A stretch of DNA of 51,151 bases from Octopus bimaculoides. Its lineage: Eukaryota. Below the pieces are notes generated by a model. It had not been told where the DNA came from, ran no database searches, and saw only the letters and a list, made by a program, of their open reading frames with translations. The position numbers were made by a program, and so were the translations under genes. The stretch covers positions 12,648,101-12,699,251 of the forward strand of contig NC_068993.1 of NCBI RefSeq assembly GCF_001194135.2, written 5' to 3'. Positions 11,676 to 23,543 of the stretch are shown here, one piece after another (the first letter of the stretch is position 1; the number at the start of each line of letters is the position of its first letter).

Positions 11676-12060
11676 GTGCAGGCGAGGCTCATTGTCAAGA
11701 AGTTTACTTCCCCACCACATGGTTCCGGGTTCACTCTCACTGCGCGGCACCTTGCTCAAGTGTCTTCTATCATAGCTTCGGGCCGACCAAAGCGTTGTGA
11801 GTGGATTTGCTATATGGAAACTGAAGGAAGCCCTTCGTATAAATCTGTGTCGTTGTGCTTGTGTTTGTCCCCATCACCACTGCTTGCCAACCGGTGCTGG
11901 CTTGTTTAGGCCCGCGTAACCTGGCGGCTCGGTAAAAGAGACTGATGAAATAAGCGCCAGGCTTTCAAAAACAAGTACCGGGGCCGATACATTCGACTAA
12001 AACAATTCTTCAAGGCGATACTGCAGCATGGCTGCAGTTTAATGATTGAAACAAGGAAAA
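11676..12060 (+). mobile_element. SINE family B, diverged full-length copy
   Basis: Collinear with 6424-6848 (ccacatggttccgggttcact...gggccgaccaaagcgttgtgagtggatttg...cagcatggctgcag...tgaaacaag). Confidence 0.88.
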
Positions 12061-12075
12061 TATAAATAATGATTG

Positions 12076-12284
12076 CAAATTTTGTCACGAAGGCAGCAAC
12101 TTTGGGGGAGGGAATGAGTCGATTACGTCGATCCCAGTATTCAACTGGTACTTATTTTATCGACCTCTAACGGATGACCGGTAAAGTCGACCTCACGGGA
12201 ATTTGAACTCAATACGTCGCGGCGGGCGAAATACAGCTAAGCATTTCGTCCAGCGTACTAACAATTCTGCCAGCTTACTGCCTT
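12076..12284 (-). mobile_element. SINE family A
   Basis: Reverse complement reads aaggcagtaagctggcagaattgttagtacgctggacgaaatgcttagc...gagttcaaattccc.tgaggtcgacttta...ctgggatcgacgtaatcgact...gtgacaaaatttg. Confidence 0.88.
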
Positions 12285-13259
12285 GTAAAGACAAATAATA
12301 CAAGACATTTTGTCCATTAGTTTTCTAATTGTAGCAATCGTGTTGAACATCGTAAATATCATGTGAGATTAAAGAAGTTTAAAAAATATCTTATTTTATT
12401 TCACAATCTCGAATATAATGTAAGGGCTGGTAGCATAATTCGTGGACACATAAACCTGAGGACCACAGTTAAGCTCTCACACATCAACAATGAACATTAG
12501 AGTGAAAATTAAAACATTCACGTTGCTGTTGTTTTATTGTTGCTGTTACCCCTATCTCATGAATATCTGTAACCAAAAGGATTCAAGAAATGAGAATACG
12601 ATATATTCTATAGGATACAAATTGTGTATCTCGAATTATATTATTCAAGATGCCATCACTTTAAGACGATAAACCAAACTTCGATAAAGCTTGTGCTAAT
12701 ATCTGTATCAGATTTAGCGAGCACGTTTGTGAAATCAAGGACATTGGAGTAAAATGCATTAAATTTTTGCCCTTCAAATGTGAAGAATTTGCGACAGCGA
12801 CGACCATAAACTGAGAAATATTAAGATAAAAAAAGAGAACAAAATCATTAGGAATGAACAGCTGTAATTTCAGAGGAAACAAGCAGCACGACAGGATAAA
12901 CAAGGAAACCAAACATCGCTGCACGACTTGCAGCTAATCACCCTCAATTCAGTCTACATTGCAAAAACCAAAAAAAAAAAAAAGGGCGCATTACACAACG
13001 CAGTTCCTGATATACAAAGATACGTGATTGCCACTGGGCAGTGAAGTTTTATTTGTATATATTTATACAGAATTTTTTGGATGACCTTCGATCATATGTC
13101 AGCTTGTTCTGGGTTAACAACAATTCGTATACATTTCGTCGGGAACAGAGACGACAATGAACATGAAAACTATGTGTATACACTGAGAATAAACTGACCT
13201 AACAGTGAAAGTATAAGCGTTAACTTGCAATAGGGATAATATAAAACAGGTGACATACT

Positions 13260-14150
13260 AAGAAATATTCAGAGAGAGACAGAGAGACAGCCAGACAAAA
13301 TAACAGAGAGAGAGGTGGGGAGATAAATTGACATCAGGGATGTAAATGAAACTGTAGGAAAGAATGGGAGAGAGAAATGAAAAGAATATGTACAAAAAAT
13401 ATTAGGAAGATAGAGAATAGCCTATTAAAGTCTGAGAGAAAAAAAATATAGATGAGCGTAACAATGAGAGAGAAAGAGTTGGGGAAGCGGAGAGGAAGTT
13501 AAAAAATGAAAGAGAGATATAAGTATATAATGCACAGAAAGAAAGGGAACAAGACTTTTGGTTAAAAGAGTTTTAGTTAAAAATGAGGGATGGAAAAAAG
13601 CGTCACAATAAGTAAGAAATATTACGTAAAAGATGGTGAAAGATGGTTGAGAAAGGGATTATGGGTAAAGATGCAGAGACGATTGGGTGAAAGAGTGAGT
13701 ATATGAGACAGTGGTGGGGGGAGTGAAAATAAGGGAGAAGAGGGAGAAAAAAGTTGATAAAATGACAGAGAAAGAATTAGTCATGATTTAAGAACTGAAA
13801 AAGAAGAATATTGAAAAAAAGAAATCCAGATAGAGACAGACTGAAAAGGAAGGACGAAAATACAGGAATAAATAAAAAAAATTAAAAAAGAGGGGTGTGA
13901 AAGATTAATGCACGATATGAGAATAAGAAACAAGAAGTAAGAAGGTAAGTAAGAAAAGGGATAAAGTGTAAAAAGAAAAGTGAAAATAGTGTGAGAAAAG
14001 AAAAAAATATGATATACACGAAAACGTTTTAAAGAAACAGATAATGATACAGAAAAGAAAATATGAAAGGATGGAGAATAAAAGTAAAATATAGAGAAAG
14101 AAAGCATCAAAGAATTAGAGAAAAAAACGGAGCGTGAAAGATAGAAAGTA
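13260..14150. repeat. ~900-bp purine-rich (A/G) low-complexity tract
   Basis: Plus strand is almost entirely A/G with degenerate (GA)n and (GAAA)n. Confidence 0.8.
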
Positions 14151-15813
14151 AGTGATGTTAGACATTAACAGAGTGTGACAAAACGATATAGTTTTCTTTT
14201 ATTTAATGAGTTATTATTACTGTTTCATATATGTATATATATATATATGTGTGTGTGTGTGTATGTGTATATATATATNNNNNNNNNNNNNNNNNNNNNN
14301 NNNNNNNNNNNNNNNNNNNNNNNNNNNNNNNNNNNNNNNNNNNNNNNNNNNNNNNNNNNNNNNNNNNNNNNNNNNNNNNNNNNNNNNNNNNNNNNNNNNN
14401 NNNNNNNNNNNNNNNNNNNNNNNNNNNNNNNNNNNNNNNNNNNNNNNNNNNNNNNNNNNNNNNNNNNNNNNNNNNNNNNNNNNNNNNNNNNNNNNNNNNN
14501 NNNNNNNNNNNNNNNNNNNNNNNNNNNNNNNNNNNNNNNNNNNNNNNNNNNNNNNNNNNNNNNNNNNNNNNNNNNNNNNNNNNNNNNNNNNNNNNNNNNN
14601 NNNNNNNNNNNNNNNNNNNNNNNNNNNNNNNNNNNNNNNNNNNNNNNNNNNNNNNNNNNNNNNNNNNNNNNNNNNNNNNNNNNNNNNNNNNNNNNNNNNN
14701 NNNNNNNNNNNNNNNNNNNNNNNNNNNNNNNNNNNNNNNNNNNNNNNNNNNNNNNNNNNNNNNNNNNNNNNNNNNNNNNNNNNNNNNNNNNNNNNNNNNN
14801 NNNNNNNNNNNNNNNNNNNNNNNNNNNNNNNNNNNNNNNNNNNNNNNNTATTGGAAAAATTGTTGTTTTGGCGTGGCTGTTTTTTTTTACTTCTTTGCTT
14901 ATATGCGTGCTTCTTTGTTTGTTCAAAGGTTTCTTTCTATAATTTTGTTGTATATATTGGCTATTTCTATTTATATATTTATTTATGTATTTATTTTCTT
15001 GTACAACCATTTCAATTGCAATAACTTTTATTTATCCATCATATAAGTAGTCATCAATAGAATACACATGTTATAGAGTAACAGACACCGGCTGGGGTGG
15101 TGTTGGTGTTGGTGGTGGTGGTAGTGGTGGTAGTAGTATAGGTGGTGGTACTACTACTACTACTACTGCTGCTGATGCTGCTGCTACTACTGCTGTTATT
15201 GCTAAAGATAATAAAAATGTTATCATTATTATTATTGTTAGTAGTAGTAGTAGTAGTAGTAGTAGTATTATCATTATACCACTGCTGCAGCTATATACAC
15301 ACTGATAATGACTATGAAAACTGTTTGAAAAAATGTTCTAAAGAATGTATTTAATTTTAGTTATTTTATTTATTTATTTGCATTAATTCTGCTATGCTTT
15401 TTTGTTTTCTCAAAGGTACGTGGCTCTTCATTCTTGCATATATACATACACACACATACATTTATGCACACATAGATTGATATAAGTTTATGTATATGCA
15501 CATACATTAAGAGGAAAAGACATTCACACACAGGAACGCACGCATACATACACTTATACATGCATATATATATGTATATATTATGTGTGTGTGTCTGTAT
15601 GTGTGTCTGTATGTGTGAGTGTGTGTGTGTCTGTCTGTGTGTATGCATCTATATATGTATTTACATATGTATGCGCGTCCTGGACATGACATAAAACTAC
15701 ATTCGATGATGCAGATCCTGTTTAGGAGTGAGCCCTTAACTGCCATTTCTCCCAGGTCTGTATCTGTATCTGTGGGGAAGGCTGCTCTTCTAGTAAAACT
15801 TTTTTAAACTTTT

Positions 15814-16105
15814 ATGCACCCTTTTAAAGCCTAGCCAGGCTCGTGGGCCCGGTTTCCCGGTTTCTATGGCGTATGTGTTACCCCTCCCAGCTGGACGGGA
15901 CGCCAGTCCATCGCAGCGTTACTCAAGAAACAGGAAGAAAGAGTGAAAGAAAGTTGGAGTGAAAGATTACAACAGGAGTCGCAACCACCCCCTGCTGGAG
16001 CCTCGTGGAGCTTTAGGTGTTTTCGCTCAATAAACACACACAACGCCCGGACTGGGAATCGAAACCGCGATCATCCGACCGCGAGTCTGCTGCCTAGCCA
16101 CTAGC
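15814..16105 (-). mobile_element. tRNA-derived SINE family C (head + body 2 + tail T1)
   Basis: Tail T1 as at 2292. Body agaaacaggaagaaagagtg...ggagcctcgtggagctttaggtgttttcgctcaataaacac as at 45950-46070. Head gggaatcgaaaccgcg...gcgagtctgctgcc (reverse-complement B-box). Confidence 0.88.
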
Positions 16106-16419
16106 TGATAGTAAAAATATAAAGTGACATAAAACTAGCATTGAAAATAGAACAAGACATCTTCTAGTGATTGTCGCTAAAATCTACTATGGTGACCGGG
16201 CGTGCGCAAAATGGCTTGTGCCAGCTTGTGGCACTGTAATCCATTTCTTGATCCGTTTTCTGTTTTAATATCCTTAAACATGCAAGAATAAAGTCATTTT
16301 GAACAATCTGACCGAATGTTGCACGGGAATCATCAGACAGAAAAATGCAATCGTCATGTATTATGTATGCATATATATGTGCGTATGTTTGCATCTGTAC
16401 GAGTGTGTGCTTGTGTGCG

Positions 16420-16472
<53 letters not shown>

Positions 16473-17062
16473 NNNNNNNNNNNNNNNNNNNNNNNNNNNN
16501 NNNNNNNNNNNNNNNNNNNNNNNNNNNNNNNNNNNNNNNNNNNNNNNNNNNNNNNNNNNNNNNNNNNNNNNNNNNNNNNNNNNNNNNNNNNNNNNNNNNN
16601 NNNNNNNNNNNNNNNNNNNNNNNNNNNNNNNNNNNNNNNNNNNNNNNNNNNNNNNNNNNNNNNNNNNNNNNNNNNNNNNNNNNNNNNNNNNNNNNNNNNN
16701 NNNNNNNNNNNNNNNNNNNNNNNNNNNNNNNNNNNNNNNNNNNNNNNNNNNNNNNNNNNNNNNNNNNNNNNNNNNNNNNNNNNNNNNNNNNNNNNNNNNN
16801 NNNNNNNNNNNNNNNNNNNNNNNNNNNNNNNNNNNNNNNNNNNNNNNNNNNNNNNNNNNNNNNNNNNNNNNNNNNNNNNNNNNNNNNNNNNNNNNNNNNN
16901 NNNNNNNNNNNNNNNNNNNNNNNNNNNNNNNNNNNNNNNNNNNNNNNNNNNNNNNNNNNNNNNNNNNNNNNNNNNNNNNNNNNNNNNNNNNNNNNNNNNN
17001 NNNNNNNNNNNNNNNNNNNNNNNNNNNNNNNNNNNNNNNNNNNNNNNNNNNNNNNNNNNNNN

Positions 17063-17093
<31 letters not shown>

Positions 17094-17124
17094 GTTTCTG
17101 TGATGTTTGCCCAAACCATCGGTT

Positions 17125-17290
17125 GATGACAGGTATTCGCGTGTTTTCGTTCCTGTAACCTGGCGGTTCATCGCAAGACACTGATAGAATACTACCTGTC
17201 TTAGAAATAATGTCACTACTGGGGTCGATTAGTTCGACTAATATTCCTTAAGGCAGCGTTTCAGCATGGCCAAATTCTAATGAGTGCAAA
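17125..17290 (+). mobile_element. SINE family B 3' fragment
   Basis: ctgtaacctggcggttcatcgcaagacactgatagaatac...ctggggtcgattagttcgactaa...ggcagcgtttcagcatggcc. Confidence 0.7.
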
Positions 17291-17359
17291 AAGTAATGAT
17301 TAAAGACGAATATATAATTCATACGATGCCGTAGAAACTGAAAATTGCTCAAGACATCT

Positions 17360-17420
17360 TTCGCAGGGATCGAACCCACGAGCTTGTTTGCTATTCGCCG
17401 GTACTGCCCTTGCACCTGCA
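17360..17420 (-). mobile_element. tRNA-like relic (probably a SINE head)
   Basis: Minus strand has gtgggttcgatccctgc, a perfect B-box/T-loop (GGTTCGATCCC, 17366-17376). No complete cloverleaf. Confidence 0.35.
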
Positions 17421-17569
17421 CACACATGCGCGCGTACTGTAAGTACTTAGTAACATTTTAGTGTTTGGAAATAGTGAAAATATAATAGAATAGTATATTT
17501 TTGCTTAAATTTGCGTGTCCGCGCACATCTGTGTGTATATGTGTGTGACTGTGTGTGCCTATGTGTAGA

Positions 17570-17601
<32 letters not shown>

Positions 17602-18345
17602 NNNNNNNNNNNNNNNNNNNNNNNNNNNNNNNNNNNNNNNNNNNNNNNNNNNNNNNNNNNNNNNNNNNNNNNNNNNNNNNNNNNNNNNNNNNNNNNNNNN
17701 NNNNNNNNNNNNNNNNNNNNNNNNNNNNNNNNNNNNNNNNNNNNNNNNNNNNNNNNNNNNNNNNNNNNNNNNNNNNNNNNNNNNNNNNNNNNNNNNNNNN
17801 NNNNNNNNNNNNNNNNNNNNNNNNNNNNNNNNNNNNNNNNNNNNNNNNNNNNNNNNNNNNNNNNNNNNNNNNNNNNNNNNNNNNNNNNNNNNNNNNNNNN
17901 NNNNNNNNNNNNNNNNNNNNNNNNNNNNNNNNNNNNNNNNNNNNNNNNNNNNNNNNNNNNNNNNNNNNNNNNNNNNNNNNNNNNNNNNNNNNNNNNNNNN
18001 NNNNNNNNNNNNNNNNNNNNNNNNNNNNNNNNNNNNNNNNNNNNNNNNNNNNNNNNNNNNNNNNNNNNNNNNNNNNNNNNNNNNNNNNNNNNNNNNNNNN
18101 NNNNNNNNNNNNNNNNNNNNNNNNNNNNNNNNNNNNNNNNNNNNNNNNNNNNNNNNNNNNNNNNNNNNNNNNNNNNNNNNNNNNNNNNNNNNNNNNNNNN
18201 NNNNNNNNNNNNNNNNNNNNNNNNNNNNNNNNNNNNNNNNNNNNNNNNNNNNNNNNNNNNNNNNNNNNNNNNNNNNNNNNNNNNNNNNNNNNNNNNNNNN
18301 NNNNNNNNNNNNNNNNNNNNNNNNNNNNNNNNNNNNNNNNNNNNN

Positions 18346-18459
18346 GAAGAAGAAGAAGAAGAAGAAGAAGAAGAAGAAGAAGAAGAAGAAGAAGAAGAAG
18401 AAGAAGAAGAAGAAGAAGAAGAAGAAGAAGAAGAAGAAGAAGAAGAAGAAGAAGAAGAA
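18346..18459. repeat. (AAG)n microsatellite
   Basis: Direct reading; source of the poly-R/K/E ORF artefacts. Confidence 0.97.
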
Positions 18460-19966
18460 TGATACTAATTATTAGACAGCCACAAACCGACAGCGAGAGC
18501 AAGCAGCACGTAATATCAACAGATACCAAAATACGAAAACATGTTTAAATAACCAGTAGAACGGCCAAGCGTTGTCTTCTGATAATAACTCAAAATACAG
18601 AAAAAGCCAGCAAATAACAATGACATACGTTGATTAGAAGCCATGAGATCAGCATAGCGTGATAGTGTAATAATACCCGAGAGGAGAGCAATATAGTTAG
18701 CGTATGTTTAACCTCGGCGGAATCGAATGGGTATCGAATGAATGCACAGGGTGCAATGGTTAGTACTCAGGGCAGATTTCTCCGGTTACTTCATTAGCGA
18801 GGCCTGTTGTTAGTCTTCTCTTCTGCTACCAGCGCTTGCTACTTGATGAACTTAGCGCTGTTTAGATTATCATCAGCTAAAGCAGTTATTCATTATCTTT
18901 CTCCCACTACACTCCTCTCTTTCTCATCCTCCGCCTTCTGCTCTCTTTCTATACACACACACACACACACACACATACACACACACACACACACGCATAC
19001 ACACACACACACAGACACACACACATATAAGTAAGTACATGTAAGGTAATAATTATTTGTATATGCGAATGTTTTCGTATATATATATATNNNNNNNNNN
19101 NNNNNNNNNNNNNNNNNNNNNNNNNNNNNNNNNNNNNNNNNNNNNNNNNNNNNNNNNNNNNNNNNNNNNNNNNNNNNNNNNNNNNNNNNNNNNNNNNNNN
19201 NNNNNNNNNNNNNNNNNNNNNNNNNNNNNNNNNNNNNNNNNNNNNNNNNNNNNNNNNNNNNNNNNNNNNNNNNNNNNNNNNNNNNNNNNNNNNNNNNNNN
19301 NNNNNNNNNNNNNNNNNNNNNNNNNNNNNNNNNNNNNNNNNNNNNNNNNNNNNNNNNNNNNNNNNNNNNNNNNNNNNNNNNNNNNNNNNNNNNNNNNNNN
19401 NNNNNNNNNNNNNNNNNNNNNNNNNNNNNNNNNNNNNNNNNNNNNNNNNNNNNNNNNNNNNNNNNNNNNNNNNNNNNNNNNNNNNNNNNNNNNNNNNNNN
19501 NNNNNNNNNNNNNNNNNNNNNNNNNNNNNNNNNNNNNNNNNNNNNNNNNNNNNNNNNNNNNNNNNNNNNNNNNNNNNNNNNNNNNNNNTATATATATATA
19601 TATATATATATATATGGATAGATGTGTAAATACATGAATAGATAGACCGCTGGATAGAAGGATGGATGGATGGATGGCAACATCAAAGAACAAGTAATGC
19701 TGAAATTATTAGGTGCGTATATAGCAAGAGAAGCAGCTATACACATAGAGATGGAGACTAGAAATTACAGATACACAGACATATACATAGTAGTACACAT
19801 CTCCTCACGCCTATACGTGAGAGATATTGTAAATATTTGCTGTGTACACTACTCTTTAATTCAGTGAAATAATTGCACATTTAAAACTCTTACACTATTT
19901 CTATAAGTAATGGGATCTGTCTGTCTGTGTATATATATATGTGTGGGTGTGTGGGGGTGTACATAG

Positions 19967-20014
<48 letters not shown>

Positions 20015-20560
20015 NNNNNNNNNNNNNNNNNNNNNNNNNNNNNNNNNNNNNNNNNNNNNNNNNNNNNNNNNNNNNNNNNNNNNNNNNNNNNNNNNNNNNN
20101 NNNNNNNNNNNNNNNNNNNNNNNNNNNNNNNNNNNNNNNNNNNNNNNNNNNNNNNNNNNNNNNNNNNNNNNNNNNNNNNNNNNNNNNNNNNNNNNNNNNN
20201 NNNNNNNNNNNNNNNNNNNNNNNNNNNNNNNNNNNNNNNNNNNNNNNNNNNNNNNNNNNNNNNNNNNNNNNNNNNNNNNNNNNNNNNNNNNNNNNNNNNN
20301 NNNNNNNNNNNNNNNNNNNNNNNNNNNNNNNNNNNNNNNNNNNNNNNNNNNNNNNNNNNNNNNNNNNNNNNNNNNNNNNNNNNNNNNNNNNNNNNNNNNN
20401 NNNNNNNNNNNNNNNNNNNNNNNNNNNNNNNNNNNNNNNNNNNNNNNNNNNNNNNNNNNNNNNNNNNNNNNNNNNNNNNNNNNNNNNNNNNNNNNNNNNN
20501 NNNNNNNNNNNNNNNNNNNNNNNNNNNNNNNNNNNNNNNNNNNNNNNNNNNNNNNNNNNN

Positions 20561-20591
<31 letters not shown>

Positions 20592-21196
20592 TAAATGGAT
20601 ATATATGTATGCTAATGCATGTGTTATCACAACATATTCCTTATGAGATACTTTCGCAAAGTAGATATAATTCGTTTTCGAAATGACAGAAGAAAATTAT
20701 AATACAAAAAGAAGAGTACAACCCAGTGTATTCTCCTCGTTGTCAGTTGGCAAATTTCAGAAACTCTACGATTCGCGGATTGTAATGAATATAGGTAACC
20801 AGAAACAGCGGGCGGTACTTCCAAATTCTATGGATAATGGTGATGCAGGTAACTTTTTGATGAGATCTTATCGCAAAGAGAAGTGTACTCATTAGCTTCT
20901 GAATTCTCAGCGTTCCTGAGATATTCTGAGATTCAGAGATTGAATTTAATGATTAGTTATGGTTGAAAGACAATATGTGTTTTTTGAATTGGTTATACGT
21001 AACTGAGACTAATAAGACAATGGAAGAGGCAAAGGTAGAATATTTTTAAAGAGAAAACTACCAGAGGTATCTACATGAACTCACAAATACACACACACAC
21101 ACGCACACACATACACACACGCACACGCACGCATAAATGAATATAGATATATATATGCGAATGCANNNNNNNNNNGCGTATATAAATATGTGTGTG

Positions 21197-21238
<42 letters not shown>

Positions 21239-21502
21239 TGTATGTAGACATATCTATATACAAATATATACATATATAAATATACATATATATGTGTGTG
21301 TGTGTGTCTGCATGTATGTATATATATGTATGCATATTAATATATAGATACACAACAATATATAAATGCTTATGCAGACATGCGCACAGAGATTTGCTTG
21401 TGCGTATACTTATTACAGGGATCTTACAGTGCGAGATACATCCATCAGCGCAAACCATAACTATTTCGGCATCTTCCGTCAGAATAATATCTATGTATGT
21501 GA

Positions 21503-22300
21503 GTATGTATGTACGAATGTATGTACGAATGTATGTATGTATGTATGTATGTATGTATACCTTTATTCAGTTTCATTTTAACATTTATTGCCAATAGTGA
21601 AATAATCGGTTTCCAACCTAGATCCAAAGCGCCATCATTGGAATTTCAACATCATCAGGGTATTTTTCTACGTATGTAAATATATATGCATGTATGTATG
21701 TAGGTATATTATATGTGCAGATTCGTGTTTTGTTTTATGTATGTATTCTCATGCGTATCCATACAATTTCTGGAAAGCCTTACAAGTTTTTACAGTTCCA
21801 GTGATGTCTTGGATATGTAGACTTCAAATCAGCTTTCACCTTTTTAATTTTGAGAAGCCTTATTTATCAAGACTGGTATTTAGTCAGTGAGTCACATATC
21901 CCAGTACCCCGATAATTATAATCATAAACACGAACTTGTAATCTGGATAGAGTAACTGTAGATATCTCGATAGTTCAGCGAAGGTGTTTTCTGTGTTCGC
22001 TGATTTTTAGCTTTAAGTTAACATCCGCGGCACAGCTGATTTCCACAACTGTACAGAGTTAGTTTCTCTTCTCTATCCCAAATCATTATATCAGTCAGGA
22101 TCGATGTTACATTTCTGCACCTTATTGTCGTCTTAGGTAGGGGCAGTCTTTGCTTGTTAGGATCTTCCGGGTTTTCACATCAATCGCTCGGATCTCATCA
22201 AGCGTCCGATGAAGCAGCCCAAATGTTGGTATGAGTACTGGCACTGCAAACATTGTGGGACACTGTTTTCTTGAATTCAGTGAGTTCCGAGGTCCATATT
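21503..22300 (-). mobile_element. R4/Dong-clade non-LTR retrotransposon 3' portion (RT thumb, deletion, restriction-like endonuclease, 3' UTR, (TACA)n tail)
   Basis: Minus-strand peptides: IWTSELTEFKKTVS/..FAVPVLIPTFGLLHRTLDEIRAIDVKTRKILT; then DIMIWDREEKL..VVEISCAADVNLKLKISE (degenerate PD..D/ExK-type RLE); AELSRYLQLLYPDYKFVFMIIIIGVLGYVTH*LNTSLDK*GFSK...IQDITGTVKTCKAFQKL. The 3' UTR ends ...aaatgaaactgaataaaggtatacatacatac. Confidence 0.88.
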
Positions 22301-22372
22301 ATACATGTATGTATGTGCGTATGTATATGTGCAAGTATGTATGAATGTACGAATATAATTGTGTGCGTGCGC

Positions 22373-22407
<35 letters not shown>

Positions 22408-22615
22408 TTTATGTGTGTGTGTTTGTGCTTATATATTTATATTCATGCATATATTACAATCGATCTGCAACCACGTGATTGCAACAGGAACATTTCAACG
22501 AATTGTTCATACTTCGCCTGTCTCTCTTCCCATTCTCCAACAGTGTTACACACAATGACCTTATCAGAAATATCATAAACAACTCTTCCTATGTATGTGT
22601 ATGAGCATTTATTTA

Positions 22616-22658
<43 letters not shown>

Positions 22659-23461
22659 NNNNNNNNNNNNNNNNNNNNNNNNNNNNNNNNNNNNNNNNNN
22701 NNNNNNNNNNNNNNNNNNNNNNNNNNNNNNNNNNNNNNNNNNNNNNNNNNNNNNNNNNNNNNNNNNNNNNNNNNNNNNNNNNNNNNNNNNNNNNNNNNNN
22801 NNNNNNNNNNNNNNNNNNNNNNNNNNNNNNNNNNNNNNNNNNNNNNNNNNNNNNNNNNNNNNNNNNNNNNNNNNNNNNNNNNNNNNNNNNNNNNNNNNNN
22901 NNNNNNNNNNNNNNNNNNNNNNNNNNNNNNNNNNNNNNNNNNNNNNNNNNNNNNNNNNNNNNNNNNNNNNNNNNNNNNNNNNNNNNNNNNNNNNNNNNNN
23001 NNNNNNNNNNNNNNNNNNNNNNNNNNNNNNNNNNNNNNNNNNNNNNNNNNNNNNNNNNNNNNNNNNNNNNNNNNNNNNNNNNNNNNNNNNNNNNNNNNNN
23101 NNNNNNNNNNNNNNNNNNNNNNNNNNNNNNNNNNNNNNNNNNNNNNNNNNNNNNNNNNNNNNNNNNNNNNNNNNNNNNNNNNNNNNNNNNNNNNNNNNNN
23201 NNNNNNNNNNNNNNNNNNNNNNNNNNNNNNNNNNNNNNNNNNNNNNNNNNNNNNNNNNNNNNNNNNNNNNNNNNNNNNNNNNNNNNNNNNNNNNNNTTGT
23301 ATGTGAGTATATGAGAATGTTCGGCATTTATTTTGTAAGTACGAATATTACGTTTGGCAATATATATACGAAGCCTATAAAGCTGGATAAAAAGTGAATA
23401 TATATCCGTATGTCTATCCCCCAAACACACAGACACATACACACAGAGATACACGTTCTTA

Positions 23462-23464
23462 GAC

Positions 23465-23498
<34 letters not shown>

Positions 23499-23543
23499 AT
23501 AGATAAATAGATAGATAGATAGATATATAGATAGATAGATAGA
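23462..23543. repeat. (AGAT)n microsatellite
   Basis: Direct reading; similar tracts at 33113-33182 and 39072-39137. Confidence 0.95.

Noticed and set aside
22161-22228. Plus-strand exon candidate (ttgcttgttag|...TTG|gtatga; DLPGFHINRSDLIKRP...)
   Set aside because: It is the antisense strand of the R4 RT-thumb coding sequence, which explains its composition.
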